DNA of 64,000 nucleotides from the human T2T-CHM13v2.0 reference genome, Homo sapiens. A model generated the notes under the pieces. The model was not told the origin of the DNA. It saw only the letters and a program-made list of their open reading frames with translations, and searched no databases. Position 1 is the first letter of the stretch; each line of letters begins with the position of its first letter. The position numbers and the translations under genes are program-made. Location: the NCBI RefSeq assembly GCF_009914755.1, contig NC_060933.1. One strand, written 5' to 3'. Below, piece by piece: positions 61,593-64,000 of the stretch.

Positions 61593-61814
61593 CAGGGTTT
61601 CTTAGTCTCAGCACTATTGACATTGGGGCTGGATAATTCTTTAATGTGGAGAGCTGTACTGGGCATTGTAGGATGTTTAACTGCATCCATGGCTTCTGCC
61701 TAATGGATATCAGTATATTACTCACCACCTGCGATTGTGACAACCAAAAATGCCTCTAGACATTGCCAATATCCTCCCGTGGGGGACAGAATCTCCTCTA
61801 GCTGGGAACTACCA
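61593..61814 (+). mobile_element. MER20 hAT-Charlie MITE
   Basis: 'cagcactattgacatt...ggataattctt...gtgacaaccaaaaatg...agacattgcca'; 8-bp hAT-type TSD ctctaaag. Confidence 0.9.
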
Positions 61815-61879
61815 CTCTAAAGATGGGTAGTTCTCACACTGACTTCGGACTCAAGCAATGTAACTTTCTGTGTCAAAGA

Positions 61880-62195
61880 AAAACTTGAAATATGTTTGTG
61901 TAGTGAAGCTTGCTCTCTTGTGCCTCTTATATCACCATGAGCAGAATGTCTCCAGGGAAGCTGCTCTGTCTTCATTCTGAGCCCTAGAATGAAGCATCTG
62001 GGGCACAGCCACCTTGGCTGATTCAAGAAGTGTGTATCTGAAGAAGTATGATCCAAAGAAGTAGGACCACCCCAGCTACCAAGTCCTGAAGTAGAGTTGT
62101 TTCATCCAACTTCAGACATGTGAGAAATAGATGGACATTGTATGCCACTGAGATTTTGTGGTTGTTTGTTATGCGGCAAAAGCTGACTGATACAG
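61880..62195 (+). mobile_element. MLT1-type MaLR LTR fragment
   Basis: End 'tatgccactgagattttgtggttgtttgttatgcggcaaaagctgactgataca'. Confidence 0.7.
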
Positions 62196-62419
62196 ACCAC
62201 TTAGCCAAAGTAAAGTATATTCAACTCTTAGTTATATTTATTGGATTTTTTAGTTGCTTACTATGTCTTGAGACTCTCCCTCACTCCTGTTTCCTTCCCT
62301 GATTGTAGCTAATCCTCTCTGTCAAGGATGCTTCTGCTTCAAACTAATCCTTCCAGCTCTCTTTTGAGAGATACCTGCAACCACTTGACCACCTACTTGA
62401 TGTGAATTTAGGCAATGAA

Positions 62420-62840
62420 CTTGGATTGTTTGTCCTTTTAGTATTGAATTTTATAGGGATTCTTTATACGTTCTGGATACAAATCCTTTGTCAGATATAT
62501 AAATTGCAAATATTTTCCCCAATCTGTTGCATTTTTTCAGTTTAATAGCATCTTCTGATGAGCAAAAAGTAAAAGTAATTTTGATGAACCTAATCTATCT
62601 TTTTTTGTCTTTTCTGGTTAGAGCATTTTTTGTTCTAAAAAAGCTTTGCCTAGATTGCAAAGATATTCTCCTCTCTTTTCTTGTTTATAGTTGTAGCTTT
62701 AGTGTTTAGCTTCTATAGATTAACTTCATAGTCTTAGCTTTTGTATTAGGGCTATGAGCTACCTTGAATTAATTTTTGTGAATGGTGTGTGTTGTGGGTC
62801 AAGATTAATTTTCATTCATGTAAATACCCAGTTTTAGTAA
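62420..62840 (-). mobile_element. Old L1M ORF2 fragment
   Basis: 'ttctggatacaaatcctttgtcagatatataaattgcaaatattttc'. Confidence 0.75.
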
Positions 62841-63072
62841 ATTTTAATATAATATCTTATGTTATTGAAAAAAGCAGGATGTAAAATATATACTGTAGGG
62901 TCAGAACCATTTTTAATCTTATTTAAAGAAATAGGAAATAAATGCAATCAGATTAATAGACGTTGTCATTGGTAGGACTTCGGGTGAGTTTTTTCTTCTT
63001 CCTACTTTTCTGTATTTTCCAGTTTTCTATTCTAAAGTTATATTAATGTAATAATTTGGAGAAAAGCTCTAG

Positions 63073-63400
<328 letters not shown>

Positions 63401-64000
63401 TGATCCCCCACAAACTGGAGCTAGGATTAAGGTGGTTCCTCAGGCCTTTGTTCTGCCTACAATGTTCATGAGAGTTGCTTTCTAGGTTTGATTGCTGCTC
63501 AAACATTCAAAATCTGAAATAGCAAAGAAAGAAAAAAGAGGAAATCTATTCCAAAGCAGCTACTGTAACTGAAAGTTGAATGCATGCTGAGAAACAGTAT
63601 TATAATTTGATATAATTTGATATTTCAGCCTTATTTATTCTGAATTCCTAAAGCTTTGTAGGTATCCAATGCATTATGAAAAAATATTATTTACCTAGAA
63701 GCCTAGGGTGCCAAAGGGTATACCTTCTGTGTTTCATTTGGCCTGTGGACAGGGGAAATATTACATAATTCTGTAACTAAGGCCATCTCTCTGCAACTTC
63801 TCCATAGCATTCTGTGTCCTTGACCTTTACATAGTGGGCTGTACTGTCCCTGTCACAATGCTTGTGCATTATTCTTCTCTCAACCAGACCTCCTTATTTA
63901 CTCCTAAGTAGCTAACTCTTATATTAATATACTGTCTCTAAACCCCATTCACTCCACCCAGACCTTTGCCCCTTCCTTTCCTCCTAGACCACATGGTTAG

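Overview
Primate (very probably human) genomic DNA. The only real gene is the intronless importin-beta-family retrogene RANBP6 (1105 aa, minus strand, 3428-6745) with a CpG-rich promoter; from recall this places the window at chr9p24.1 between KIAA2026/BRD10 and IL33. The remaining ~57 kb is intergenic and repeat-dense: about 27 Alus, a 3'-deleted HERV-H (LTR7 + tRNA-His PBS), a full-length L1PB and a full-length L1PA5-like element, an internally deleted L1, ancient ERVL/MaLR LTRs, MIR/L2 and hAT MITEs. I see no evidence of a wholly new biological system. The most notable structures are: an L1PA3-like insertion with a 3' transduction nested in the L1PA5; a ~250-bp poly(A)/TSD-flanked retrocopy of an unidentified mRNA 3' end; an 82-bp spacerless palindrome; a ~125-bp-arm inverted repeat in apparently non-repetitive DNA; and a MIR-derived poly(A) signal for RANBP6. 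Repeat subfamily calls are from recalled consensus sequences, and repeat boundaries are approximate.
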